Of a stretch of DNA of 50,123 nucleotides, positions 25,629 to 34,914 are shown in pieces. This DNA comes from Acidobacteriota bacterium. GTDB taxonomy: Bacteria > Acidobacteriota > Thermoanaerobaculia > Multivoradales > UBA5704. The position numbers and the translations under genes are program-made. The DNA is taken from assembly GCA_040005235.1 (NCBI GenBank), contig JBDTZG010000042.1:1-50123 (forward strand), read 5' to 3'. How positions within the stretch are numbered: position 1 is the first letter of the stretch; each line of letters begins with the position of its first letter. The notes beneath the pieces were generated by a model, which did not search any database, had not been told where the DNA came from, and saw only the letters and a program-made list of their open reading frames with translations.

Positions 25629-27128
25629 TCAGAACCCTTTTCGCTGCAAGGTCTTGCGGTCGATTCCGAGGATCTTCGCCGCCTCGCTCTTGTTGCCGTG
25701 GGCCAGTTCCAGCACCCGGACGATATGGCGATGCTCCACGCTCAGCAGATCGAGCGGCTCGTCCGCCGCTTGCCGATCCACCGCCGGCCCGGACGATCCC
25801 GCGGCACCGAGCAGCGAGCGGACCAGCTCGGCCTCGATGTCGTTCTCGGCGAGCGAGGCCGCCCCTTCGACCAGGTTCTGCAGCTCGCGGACGTTGCCCG
25901 GGTAGTCATAGGACAAGAGCAGAGCCAGCGCATCGGCCCGGAGCACGGGAGAAGGGATACTCTCCCGGCGGCAGAACTCTTCGAGGAAATGGCGCACGAG
26001 GTGCGGAATGTCCGCCCGCCGCTCGCGCAAGGGCGGAAGGTCCACCTCCACCCCTTTCAGGCGATAGTAGAGGTCTTCCCGGAACGTCCCCTCGCGGACC
26101 ATCTTTTCGAGGTCGCGATGGGTCGCCGCGATCAAACGCACGTCGACCGGGATCGGCTGGCGGCCGCCCAGGCGGACCACCTCGCGCTCCTGCAAGACGC
26201 GCAGGAGTTTCGCCTGGAGGGTGGGGTCCATGTCGCCGATCTCGTCCAAGAAGAGCGTTCCGGTGTCGGCCAGCTCGAACTTGCCGGGCCGTGCCTGAAC
26301 TCCCGTCGCCACCCCTCCCTCAATGCCGAACAGCTCGCTTTCGAGCAGAGACTCGGGCAGCGCCGCGCAGTTGAGCGCGATCAGCGCGCCGGTCCGCCGC
26401 GAGCGCAGGTGAAGGAGCTTCGCGATCAGCTCCTTGCCGGTGCCGCTCTCGCCCCGGACCAGAACCGAGACGCCGCGCGGCGCCACCCTTTCGACGATTT
26501 CCAGCACCCTGCGCATCGGCGGCGTCGAGGCGATCACCCGCTGGCCGTCCACCTCGTCGATCAGGCGCCCTTTGAGCGCCTTGTTTTCCTCTTCCAGTTT
26601 CTCGGCTTGAGTCTCCAGCCGCTCCACCTGACGCGCCGAATCGAGCGCGATGCCGGCGAGGGTACCGACCGAATCGAGAAACCGCCGGTCGTCATCGGAA
26701 AAAGATGCCTCGGAATCGCCGCGCGCCTCTTTGTCCAGAATCGCGAGGTAGCCCAAAAACGTGCCGCGGTAGGCGAGCGGGGTCGCCACCAGGTCGTGAA
26801 ACCTCCTGCCGGCAAGCTCCCCTTCGGTCTGCACCAGCAGGCGCCCGGCGGCGAGCAGATCGCGCCAAAGCGGCGAGGCGAGCAGGGCGGCGCCGGAAAC
26901 CGCCGGTTCGGTCCAACCGACCGTGGCGACCCCTCTGGGACCGCCGTAGGCATCCCGGGTGACCGCCACCGCCGCGCCGGGGTCAAGCACCGCGCACACC
27001 CGTTCGAGCAGCTCGTCGACCAGCTCCTGCTCCCCCCGCTGCGCCTGGAGCGCGAGCGCGAGATCGTAGAGCGTCTCCAGCTGCAAAATCCGGCGGCGCT
27101 CGGCGAGCGAGGAGTCGGCGCGAGGCAT
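25629..27128 (-). CDS. GAF-domain sigma54-dependent enhancer-binding protein (Fis-type HTH)
   Basis: GESGTGKE, LNCAALPESLLESELFG, TLFLDEIGD, AATHRDL, FREDLYYRL, YPGNVREL; C-terminal HTH GNKSEAAKILGIDRKTL. Confidence 0.95.
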   Translation of the reverse strand: MPRADSSLAERRRILQLETLYDLALALQAQRGEQELVDELLERVCAVLDPGAAVAVTRDAYGGPRGVATVGWTEPAVSGAALLASPLWRDLLAAGRLLVQTEGELAGRRFHDLVATPLAYRGTFLGYLAILDKEARGDSEASFSDDDRRFLDSVGTLAGIALDSARQVERLETQAEKLEEENKALKGRLIDEVDGQRVIASTPPMRRVLEIVERVAPRGVSVLVRGESGTGKELIAKLLHLRSRRTGALIALNCAALPESLLESELFGIEGGVATGVQARPGKFELADTGTLFLDEIGDMDPTLQAKLLRVLQEREVVRLGGRQPIPVDVRLIAATHRDLEKMVREGTFREDLYYRLKGVEVDLPPLRERRADIPHLVRHFLEEFCRRESIPSPVLRADALALLLSYDYPGNVRELQNLVEGAASLAENDIEAELVRSLLGAAGSSGPAVDRQAADEPLDLLSVEHRHIVRVLELAHGNKSEAAKILGIDRKTLQRKGF

Positions 27129-27218
27129 TTCTCCATTCTATGTGGCCTGGAGGTGGCAACGACGAGTGTAATTTTGGTACGTTAGGCCGATTTCACGCTG
27201 AGCAGCCAAGGACTTCCG

Positions 27219-30149
27219 ATGACTCATGTCAACGCTTGCACGATCGTGTCGAACAACTATCTGGCGCTCGCCCAGGTGTTCGCCACCTCGTACAAACGAC
27301 TCCATCCGGGCACCGAGGTCTATGTTTGCATCGCCGATCAGCCGGATCCTTCCGTGCATTACGGCCGCCTGCCGTTCGTGCCGGTGTTCGCCGCCGAGTT
27401 GGGGATTCCGGCTTTTGAAAATTTCGCGTTCCGCTACGACATCCTGGAGCTGAACACGGCGGTCAAGCCGTTCCTGCTCGAACACCTGCGGGTGAAATAC
27501 GGGCTCGACCGGATCTTCTACTTCGATCCCGACATCCTGATGCTCGATTCCGTGGCGCCGCTCGAACGGCTGCTCGACAAGCATCCGGCGGTGCTGATCC
27601 CGCACATCACCCGCGGGCTCGACGATGGCTTGATCCCTCCCGAGCGGATGATTCTGATGGCCGGCGTCTACAACCTGGGGTTCCTCGGCCTGCGCCTCGA
27701 CGAGACGACCGCCGAGTTCCTCTCTTGGTGGCAGGACCGGCTCTATAAATTCTGCCTGAACGACATCCACAACGGCGTGTTCGTCGACCAGTCGTGGATG
27801 GATCTCGCCCCCGCCTTCTTGGACGACGTCGCAATCGTCCGCGATCCCATCTACAACGTCGCCTATTGGAATCTGCCGCAGCGCCGCACCGCCTGGAACG
27901 GCGAGCGCCTGACGGCCGACGGGCGCCCGGTCGGATTCTTCCATTTCAGCGGCATCGACTTCGACAACTTGGAGCCGATCAGCAAGCATCAGAACCGAAT
28001 CTCGCTCTCCTCCCGGCCGGAGCTGCGCCCGCTGTTCGAGCGCTACCGCGCCCAGGTGCGCGAAGCCGGCCATGCCCAGCTGGTGGGGGTGCCGTACGGT
28101 TTTCGCTCGTTTCCCGGCACCGACGTCGCCGTGCCCTGGATCGCGCGCCGGCTGCTCCAACGCATGGACCCCAAGGGGCGGCGCTGGCCGAACCCCTACG
28201 ACATCTACAACCAAGACAGCTATTTCGCCTGGCTGGTCGAGCCGATCTCGTTTCCCGGCGGCATCCTTACCCGCGCGGCGCTCGCGCTCTGGGAGCTGCG
28301 CGACGACCTGGTGCGCGCCTTTCCCGACGTCTGCGGCCGCGACCTCGCGCGCTTTGCCGACTGGCTGAAGCTCCATGGCGAAGGGGCGCGCGCGGGGCTT
28401 CATTCGATCTTCGTCGAACCGGTCCGCTCGCGCGAAACGGCCGTCCGCGGCCGCCGCTCGACGTTCGGTCCAGAGCTTCACCCCTACGACACGGTGGCGG
28501 TCGAACGCTCGGCCGAGCTGCTCTCCCGCCTCGACCTGACCCGGCCGGGGGCGATGACCGGCTGGCTGAACGAGCCGATCCCGGGCACGGCCGAACACTC
28601 CCCCGTCATCACCCGCCTGGCCCTATTGCTGTGGAAGATCCGCCCCGACGTCCAGCGCAGCTTTCCCGACCCGCTCGAAGTGCATCAGGCGGCGTTCGCC
28701 GACTGGTTCTGCCGCCACGCCGCGGCGGAATTCCGACTCCACGCCGATCTGGTGACTCCGATCCTGCAAACGCTGCCGCGCAAGACCCGCATGGCACTCA
28801 AGCTGCGGCGCGAGGCGACGTCCAGACCGGAGGTGCCGGTCGCCAATCCACTTCTCGCAGAGACCCACCCGTTGGCCGGATTTGCCGAGGCCGCCGACGG
28901 CGGCGAGTTTCACCCGGCGGGAGGAGTCGAAGAAGCGGCCGCCGAGCCGGGGGAACGCCGCGGTCTCGCGGCCCATCTGGCGGTCAACCTCGCCGGCTAT
29001 TTCGGCATGGACACCGGCGTCGGCCAGGTGGCGCGCGGCAGCCTGCTCGCGTTCCGCGAAGCGGGGATCGTCGCTCTGCCGGTGCCGCTCGACCAGGATT
29101 TGCAGAGCCGGACCCTCGACGGCCGGGTCTGTTTCGACGACGGCGTGCCGCACCCGGTGACGATCCTCCACGCCAACGCCGACGAAACGCCACGCGCCCT
29201 GTCGATGCTGCCGATCGCCGGCACCGCGGGGGGGGTGAAGATCGGTTACTGGTTCTGGGAGCTGTCGCACTTTCCGCTGTCGCTCACCGACCGCTTCGGC
29301 CACCTGGACGAAGTCTGGGCGCCGAGCCGTTTTTGCCAGCGAAGCTATGAGACGGTGGCGACCGTGCCGGTCCGCTACGTTCCTCCTTGCGTGCCGGCGC
29401 CCCGGGCGAGCGTGGAACCGACCGCCGCCGAGCGCCGCCGGCATGGGATCGAGCCCGGGCGCTTCACCTTTTTCTTCGCCTTCGACGTCCTCTCGGTGCC
29501 CGAGCGGAAGAATCCGTTCGCCGCGATCGAAGCGGTGCGCCGGCTCACGAAGCGGACGACGCGGCCGTTCTCGCTCCTGCTCAAAGTGTCCCGCGCGAGG
29601 CAGGACCTGGCGCTGGTCTCCCAGCTGCGCGAAGCCGCCCGCGGCCTGCCCATCGAAATTCAGACGGCGCCCGCCACCCGCGAGCAAATGGACGCCTGGG
29701 TTTGCCTGTGCGACGCGAACCTGTCGCTCCACCGCTCCGAAGGGCTCGGCCTGTTGCCGATCGAAACGCTCTACCTGGGCAAGCCGGTGATCGCGACCGG
29801 CTACGGCGGCGTCACCGACTTTCTCGACTCTTCGACCGGCTTCCCCGTCGGATATTCCCTCGTTCGGCTGGAACGCGACTATTCCCCCTATCCCGCGGGG
29901 GCGGTCTGGGCCGAACCCGATCTCGACGACGCCGCGGGCCAGATGCTTCGAGTGCTCGAAGATCCCGACGAGGCCGCCGCGCGCGGCGCGGCGGGCAAGG
30001 CGCGGGTTGAGGGGCTCTATGGCATCGAAGCCGCCGCCGCACGCTTCGCCGCCGAGGTCGAGAGGGTCTACGGCCAGCTCCATTCCGGCCGGCCCGGCGC
30101 GGGCGATTCGGCGCCGGCCACCCCGGCCGGCACCCCGACACGAGGCTGA
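27219..30149 (+). CDS. Multidomain glycosyltransferase (N-terminal GT-A-like + C-terminal GT4-like)
   Basis: ELNTAVKP, YFDPDI (DxD), GVYNLGF, YNVAYWN, FFHFSG; C-terminal GYWFWEL, ERKNP, SLHRSEGLGL, GKPVIATGYGG, WAEPD. Confidence 0.88.
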   Translation: MTHVNACTIVSNNYLALAQVFATSYKRLHPGTEVYVCIADQPDPSVHYGRLPFVPVFAAELGIPAFENFAFRYDILELNTAVKPFLLEHLRVKYGLDRIFYFDPDILMLDSVAPLERLLDKHPAVLIPHITRGLDDGLIPPERMILMAGVYNLGFLGLRLDETTAEFLSWWQDRLYKFCLNDIHNGVFVDQSWMDLAPAFLDDVAIVRDPIYNVAYWNLPQRRTAWNGERLTADGRPVGFFHFSGIDFDNLEPISKHQNRISLSSRPELRPLFERYRAQVREAGHAQLVGVPYGFRSFPGTDVAVPWIARRLLQRMDPKGRRWPNPYDIYNQDSYFAWLVEPISFPGGILTRAALALWELRDDLVRAFPDVCGRDLARFADWLKLHGEGARAGLHSIFVEPVRSRETAVRGRRSTFGPELHPYDTVAVERSAELLSRLDLTRPGAMTGWLNEPIPGTAEHSPVITRLALLLWKIRPDVQRSFPDPLEVHQAAFADWFCRHAAAEFRLHADLVTPILQTLPRKTRMALKLRREATSRPEVPVANPLLAETHPLAGFAEAADGGEFHPAGGVEEAAAEPGERRGLAAHLAVNLAGYFGMDTGVGQVARGSLLAFREAGIVALPVPLDQDLQSRTLDGRVCFDDGVPHPVTILHANADETPRALSMLPIAGTAGGVKIGYWFWELSHFPLSLTDRFGHLDEVWAPSRFCQRSYETVATVPVRYVPPCVPAPRASVEPTAAERRRHGIEPGRFTFFFAFDVLSVPERKNPFAAIEAVRRLTKRTTRPFSLLLKVSRARQDLALVSQLREAARGLPIEIQTAPATREQMDAWVCLCDANLSLHRSEGLGLLPIETLYLGKPVIATGYGGVTDFLDSSTGFPVGYSLVRLERDYSPYPAGAVWAEPDLDDAAGQMLRVLEDPDEAAARGAAGKARVEGLYGIEAAAARFAAEVERVYGQLHSGRPGAGDSAPATPAGTPTRG

Positions 30150-30155
30150 TCCGCC

Positions 30156-30962
30156 ATGACTCCCGCCGAAGCGCTGCTGCTCGGCGGCTCCGCGTTCGGC
30201 GCGGGGGTGATGAACTCGATCGCCGGGGGCGGCACGATCCTCACTTTCCCGGCCCTGGTCGCCCTCGGCCTACCGGCGATCTCCGCCAACGCCACCTCGA
30301 CCGTCGCGCTGCTGCCGGGTGCCGCAAGCAGCATGGCGGGCTATCGCAGCGAGGTCCAATCCCATACCGGCTGGCTGCGTGCGCTGTTTCTCCCCAGCCT
30401 GATCGGCGGCGCGGCGGGGTCGGTGCTGCTGCTCAGTACTCCCGAGAAGGTGTTCGCGCGGTTGGCTCCCTGGTTGATTTTGTTTGCGACCGGGTTGTTT
30501 TTGGTTCAGGGAGCTTGGGCGCGGAGAAAGGCAAAAAAGGACCTGAGGGCCGGCAAGGACGTAGAGGCCAACCGCGAAAAGATGAACGGGCTTCCAGAAG
30601 GGTGGTTTTGGGGAGCGGTAGCGGCTCAGTTGGGAATCGCGGTGTATGGCGGGTACTTCGGGGCGGGGATCGGCATCCTCATGCTCGCGCTGCTCGGGTT
30701 TCTCGGGCTGTCGGACATCCACGCGATGAACGGCCTCAAAAACTTCTTCAACCTGTGCATCAACCTGATCGCCGCCGGGCTGTTCATCGCCCGCGGCGCG
30801 GTGGTTTGGCCGGTCGCCCTGGTGATGATCCCGTGCGCCATCCTCGGCGGCTACGGCGGCGCCCGCCTGGCCCGATTCATCGGCCGGGAAAAGGCACGCG
30901 CCGCGGTGGTCGGGATCGGCATCGCGATGGCGGCCCTGCTGTTCTGGCAGCAGAGCCGCTGA
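30156..30962 (+). CDS. TauE/SafE (TSUP) family membrane transporter
   Basis: NSIAGGGTILTFP, ANATSTVAL, YGGYFGAGIG and MNGLKN motifs; multiple TM helices. Confidence 0.92.
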   Translation: MTPAEALLLGGSAFGAGVMNSIAGGGTILTFPALVALGLPAISANATSTVALLPGAASSMAGYRSEVQSHTGWLRALFLPSLIGGAAGSVLLLSTPEKVFARLAPWLILFATGLFLVQGAWARRKAKKDLRAGKDVEANREKMNGLPEGWFWGAVAAQLGIAVYGGYFGAGIGILMLALLGFLGLSDIHAMNGLKNFFNLCINLIAAGLFIARGAVVWPVALVMIPCAILGGYGGARLARFIGREKARAAVVGIGIAMAALLFWQQSR

Positions 30963-30988
30963 CTACGAGCCTTTATCCCTCCCTCTCC

Positions 30989-33900
30989 CTACTGCGGGTC
31001 GTACTCAAGGATCAGCTGCGGCCGGTCGCCGGCCGCAGCGGCTCCCGACCAGTAGCGGGCGAGATTTGCCTTCTGGTCGTTGTTGTCATCCTTCGGGCAG
31101 TAGAGGCGCACCTGGGTGACCCCTTTGGGATCGATCGGCGGGGTCGCGTTCGGATTCCAGGGCTGGGGATTGAACAGGTTGGCGTTCGACCACTCACCCG
31201 GGTCGGCATAGCCGAGCGGGCTTGCGTTGGTCACGGTGGCCTGGGCTTCGAAGTCCCCCTTCTCCAAGACGGGCGAGAGGCTGAACCCGCCTTTGTGGTG
31301 AACGTCCACCTGGCACTGCCCGAGAACGAGCTGGGCATCGCCAAGGTTGGTCTTGAGCTTCAACCGCACGACGGCGCCGGTGAGCGGCAGGGCGTCGGGC
31401 AGCCAAGAGGTATCGAAGGAGACGAATCCCTTCACCTGTTCGTTCTTCGCCGTATCGCCGATGTCTATGGTGTCGTTCGGTCCGACGACCGGCTGCACCA
31501 TGCCGCCGACGTTGCCGTTTTCTCCCTCTTCGATCACCGAGCCGTCCTGGCCGGCGGTCGAATTGAAGGTGAAGTGCGGGCCGAAGTCCGGCGGCAGGCA
31601 GGTTTCGATCTCGACGTCGTCGACAAAGAAGGTCGAGGTGTTCGCGTCGCCGTCATCGCTCGCGCGGAAGACCACCAGCACCTTCTTCCCAAGCCAAGGT
31701 GTGAGGTCGATCCCTTTCGAATCGATCCAAGTGTCCTTCGGCCAGCCCGAATCGCGCTGATCGACAACCGCCAGGACCTGGCCGGTCCCCGGATCGCGGA
31801 TCTCGGTGTTCAGGAAGTCCCGAAATTCGTTGGAGCCATTCGCTTCGCTGGTGTCGACCAGCGCCCGGAAGCGCAGCTCGGCCTTGGCCATAACGGACGG
31901 CAGAACGACCAGGAGCGACGCTTCGTCTTTCTTGTCGAGCGCGAGCGCATGATTGCCGCCGCCGTTCGGATCGACGTCGACCGTGGCGCCGGTGAGACTC
32001 CATTTTCCCTTGCCCGACTCGAAGTTCGTGAGGTCCGTCGTGCACTCGTCGGCGATCTGCTCCTGCCAGGCGTACACCAAGCCGAAGCTCTGCGGCCCGG
32101 ACGGCAGGCTCCCGGCGTTCACCCGGACGGTCCAGATCCCCTGCTCCGGATGATCGGCCACGACCTGTTCCAAGGTGTCGACTTTGTTGGCCCCGTGGGT
32201 CGCCGGCAGTTCCGGCTTTTGCGAATCGAGCACCCAGGCCTGGACGTGGACGCCGAGCGGCGAGATCAATTCGAGCGTCAGGTCGTTGACCAAGGGCTTC
32301 AGGGCGAATTCGGCCGGCGCCGGATCGTCCCAGGCGAGCGTCGCCTTGAGCGAAGGGAGGTCTGCCGGCACAAGGATCTGGTAGTCCCGGACGGTCGAGG
32401 GCTTGGTGATCTCGTCGGTGCCCCACTGCGGCCGGTCGCCGTTGTTGAGTTTGCCGTCGTCGGCGCGCTCCAGGTCGATCAGGTCTTTGGCATCCATCAG
32501 GCCGTAGCCGTATTCATAATCCGGCCCGACCGGCCCTCGGTCGTGCGCGGTGTGGGCCAGCATGGCGCGAACGAGCGCCGGCATCGGCTGCTCATCGCTT
32601 CCTGCGTGGCCGCGCTTGCGCCAATCTTGGATCAACAGAGCGATCGTGCCGGTCACCGAAGGGGCGGCCATCGAGGTCCCACACCAGGGGGCATTGGAGC
32701 CGGGAACGATCGACGAGTATTCGCCGCCCGGGACGGACGAATAGATGCCGAACTCCTGGGTCACCCGGCCGGTCTCGCAACCGGGCGAGACGAGCGTCGG
32801 CTTCAAGCTGCCGTCGTCGCACGGGCCCCAGCCGGAAAAGACGGTCATCGCGCCGCCGTCGGAATCGATCGCGCCCACCCCGACGATATTTTTCGCGCAG
32901 CCCGGGGGGCCGATCGTCCCATAGTCGGTGCCGCAATCCGGATGGCCGCGCTCGTTGCCGATCGCCCAGGACAAAATCACCGGCCGATGGATCGCCGGAT
33001 CCTTGCCTGCGATGAGATTGTCGACCGCCCGGCCATAGATCCCATAGTCGCCTTGGGCAATGCAAGTATCTCCGGCGCCGGACACCGCGAGACCGATCGA
33101 ATTGTTCGCCACGTCGATGCCGAAGTCGTTGACTGCGGAGGTGTAATCCTTCTCGAAATCGCCAAGGTTGGAGACGAACTCGTCGGTGAACGGGCTTGTC
33201 TTGAAGGAAACCCCGGCCGAGAACAGCTGCGCCGCGGGGGCCACGCCCCGGCCGCGGGTACCGCCGTTCGGATCGTCGCTGCCGTCGCCCGCGAGCGTCC
33301 CCGCGACGTGGGTCGAATGCTCGGCGACCGGTTCCTGATCGATCACCTTCACCCGGCTGCCGTTCCCCTCGTCGAACGTCGGATGGGTGTCGTCGACCGT
33401 TCCGGCGTCGTAGACGAACACCCGGGTGCCCGCCCCGTCGAGCCCGTACGTCGCGTGCACCGATCTCACCCGCGTCTGGGCGAGAATACCGTCGTTGAGC
33501 GGCCCCAAGGCCGCCGGTTCTTCGCCGATCCAAAGCACCTCCTCGCGCGCGGCAAGTGCCGCGAGCCGCCCTTCGGGCAGCCAGATCGCGAGGCCATGAA
33601 CGGCGGAGACCGGATCGAGGGGAATCGCGCCCAGATCTTCGGCCAGCGAGGCTCCCCGTTCGAGCGGCACGTCGCGCTGGAGAGAAACGAACAGCTTGAT
33701 CCGCCCGGGCATCTTCGGATGGCGCGACTGAGGCCCGAACCGGCCCGCGCGGACGTTCGGGTCGATCTTCCGCTCGGCGCCCCAGGCCGACGCGAAGCGG
33801 ATCCCGGGCAGGCGCAGCACCTCGGCCGCCCGGTCCGCAGGCACGGCGGCAATCCAGGAGCGGTCACCGGCATAGTCGCCGAGATCGAGCCCGGCGGCGC

Positions 33901-34150
33901 TAAAGTTCTCGCGCTCCCCGGCCGACGGGTCATGATCCAACTGCACAAGGAAATGAAGATTCGAGCCCGCCGTCGCTCGAACCCGCCCGTCCAGCTCGCC
34001 GAGCAGACGGGCGAAGGCTTCCGGCGAAACCGGCACGTCGCCGGATTTCAAGTGAATCGTCGAAAGATCGCCCGGCGCGGCCAGAGCGGTAACCGGCACC
34101 GCACCGAGACCAACGGCGATCAGAAGAAGAGATAGCTGTATGCGTCGCAT
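30989..34150 (-). CDS. Secreted S8 (subtilisin-like) serine peptidase with C-terminal beta-sandwich domains
   Basis: Signal peptide; triad VYDAG, HSTHVAGT, GTSMAAP; AKNIVGVGA; LKATLAWDDP...NDLTLEL domain; DNRLRE-like C-terminus (FVSFDTS...RPQLILEY). Confidence 0.92.
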   Translation of the reverse strand: MRRIQLSLLLIAVGLGAVPVTALAAPGDLSTIHLKSGDVPVSPEAFARLLGELDGRVRATAGSNLHFLVQLDHDPSAGERENFSAAGLDLGDYAGDRSWIAAVPADRAAEVLRLPGIRFASAWGAERKIDPNVRAGRFGPQSRHPKMPGRIKLFVSLQRDVPLERGASLAEDLGAIPLDPVSAVHGLAIWLPEGRLAALAAREEVLWIGEEPAALGPLNDGILAQTRVRSVHATYGLDGAGTRVFVYDAGTVDDTHPTFDEGNGSRVKVIDQEPVAEHSTHVAGTLAGDGSDDPNGGTRGRGVAPAAQLFSAGVSFKTSPFTDEFVSNLGDFEKDYTSAVNDFGIDVANNSIGLAVSGAGDTCIAQGDYGIYGRAVDNLIAGKDPAIHRPVILSWAIGNERGHPDCGTDYGTIGPPGCAKNIVGVGAIDSDGGAMTVFSGWGPCDDGSLKPTLVSPGCETGRVTQEFGIYSSVPGGEYSSIVPGSNAPWCGTSMAAPSVTGTIALLIQDWRKRGHAGSDEQPMPALVRAMLAHTAHDRGPVGPDYEYGYGLMDAKDLIDLERADDGKLNNGDRPQWGTDEITKPSTVRDYQILVPADLPSLKATLAWDDPAPAEFALKPLVNDLTLELISPLGVHVQAWVLDSQKPELPATHGANKVDTLEQVVADHPEQGIWTVRVNAGSLPSGPQSFGLVYAWQEQIADECTTDLTNFESGKGKWSLTGATVDVDPNGGGNHALALDKKDEASLLVVLPSVMAKAELRFRALVDTSEANGSNEFRDFLNTEIRDPGTGQVLAVVDQRDSGWPKDTWIDSKGIDLTPWLGKKVLVVFRASDDGDANTSTFFVDDVEIETCLPPDFGPHFTFNSTAGQDGSVIEEGENGNVGGMVQPVVGPNDTIDIGDTAKNEQVKGFVSFDTSWLPDALPLTGAVVRLKLKTNLGDAQLVLGQCQVDVHHKGGFSLSPVLEKGDFEAQATVTNASPLGYADPGEWSNANLFNPQPWNPNATPPIDPKGVTQVRLYCPKDDNNDQKANLARYWSGAAAAGDRPQLILEYDPQ

Positions 34151-34269
34151 GGAGTGGGTCTCCCCAGGAAAGGGTTAAGACTCCAGGGACGACCCTGCGA
34201 AACCCGGGTATTAGAGCTTTTCGCGCGAAGGCTGCGCCCGGTTCCCATGGCACGTCGTAGGATGCGACG

Positions 34270-34848
34270 ATGAATGAAAAACAACCTGGGGAAATCGGCG
34301 CTCTGCTGGACCAATTCGATGCCGTAGAACGCGACGCAAAGGCACTTGTCGCCGGGTTATCCGAGACGATGGGCACGGCACAGCCAGCACCCGGCAGTTG
34401 GAGCGTGGCCGAGTGCCTGGACCACCTCGCGACCGCCAACCGCGTCTACTTGGCCGCCCTCGAACCGCCGGCGAATCGCGCGAAGAAAGCCGGCCGGCTC
34501 CGCAACCGCCCGGCGAAACCCGGCTGGGCCGGCCGGCTGTTCATCGCCAGCCTCGAACCGCCGCCGAAATGGTGGTCCAAGTTGAAGGCGCCGGGGAAAA
34601 TCCGCCCCCGCCAGGCGCCACCGCTCGCCGGATCCTTCGAGGACTTCATGGCTTCACTCGTCGACGCGCAGGCATTCCTCCAGGCGAACGTCTCTCTGGA
34701 TCTGGCCGGCGTGCGGTTTCCCAACCCCTTCATCCCGGGCGTCGCTTTCAGCCTCGCCACCGGACTTCACATCCTCCCCGCTCACGCCCGCCGCCACCTC
34801 TGGCAAGCCTGGCGGGTGCGGCGGGCGTTGGAGGGTGCGGAGAAATAG
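34270..34848 (+). CDS. DinB-family protein
   Basis: PAPGSWSVAECLDHL and HARRHLWQA metal-binding His motifs. Confidence 0.9.
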   Translation: MNEKQPGEIGALLDQFDAVERDAKALVAGLSETMGTAQPAPGSWSVAECLDHLATANRVYLAALEPPANRAKKAGRLRNRPAKPGWAGRLFIASLEPPPKWWSKLKAPGKIRPRQAPPLAGSFEDFMASLVDAQAFLQANVSLDLAGVRFPNPFIPGVAFSLATGLHILPAHARRHLWQAWRVRRALEGAEK

Positions 34849-34914
34849 GTTGTCAGAGGGCGGCAAATCTTGATTCGGCCGGGGGGCTCGGGGCAGATCT
34901 AGCGATCACCGCTC

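Noticed and set aside
30515-34135. 1206-aa plus-strand ORF
   Set aside because: Antisense shadow of the S8 peptidase, which has a full catalytic triad and signal peptide
30989-34150. S8 peptidase as the RiPP leader peptidase or part of the DUF6603 operon
   Set aside because: It lies 18 kb from the precursor, is on the opposite strand from the operon and separated from it by DinB, and is secreted; no evidence of linkage
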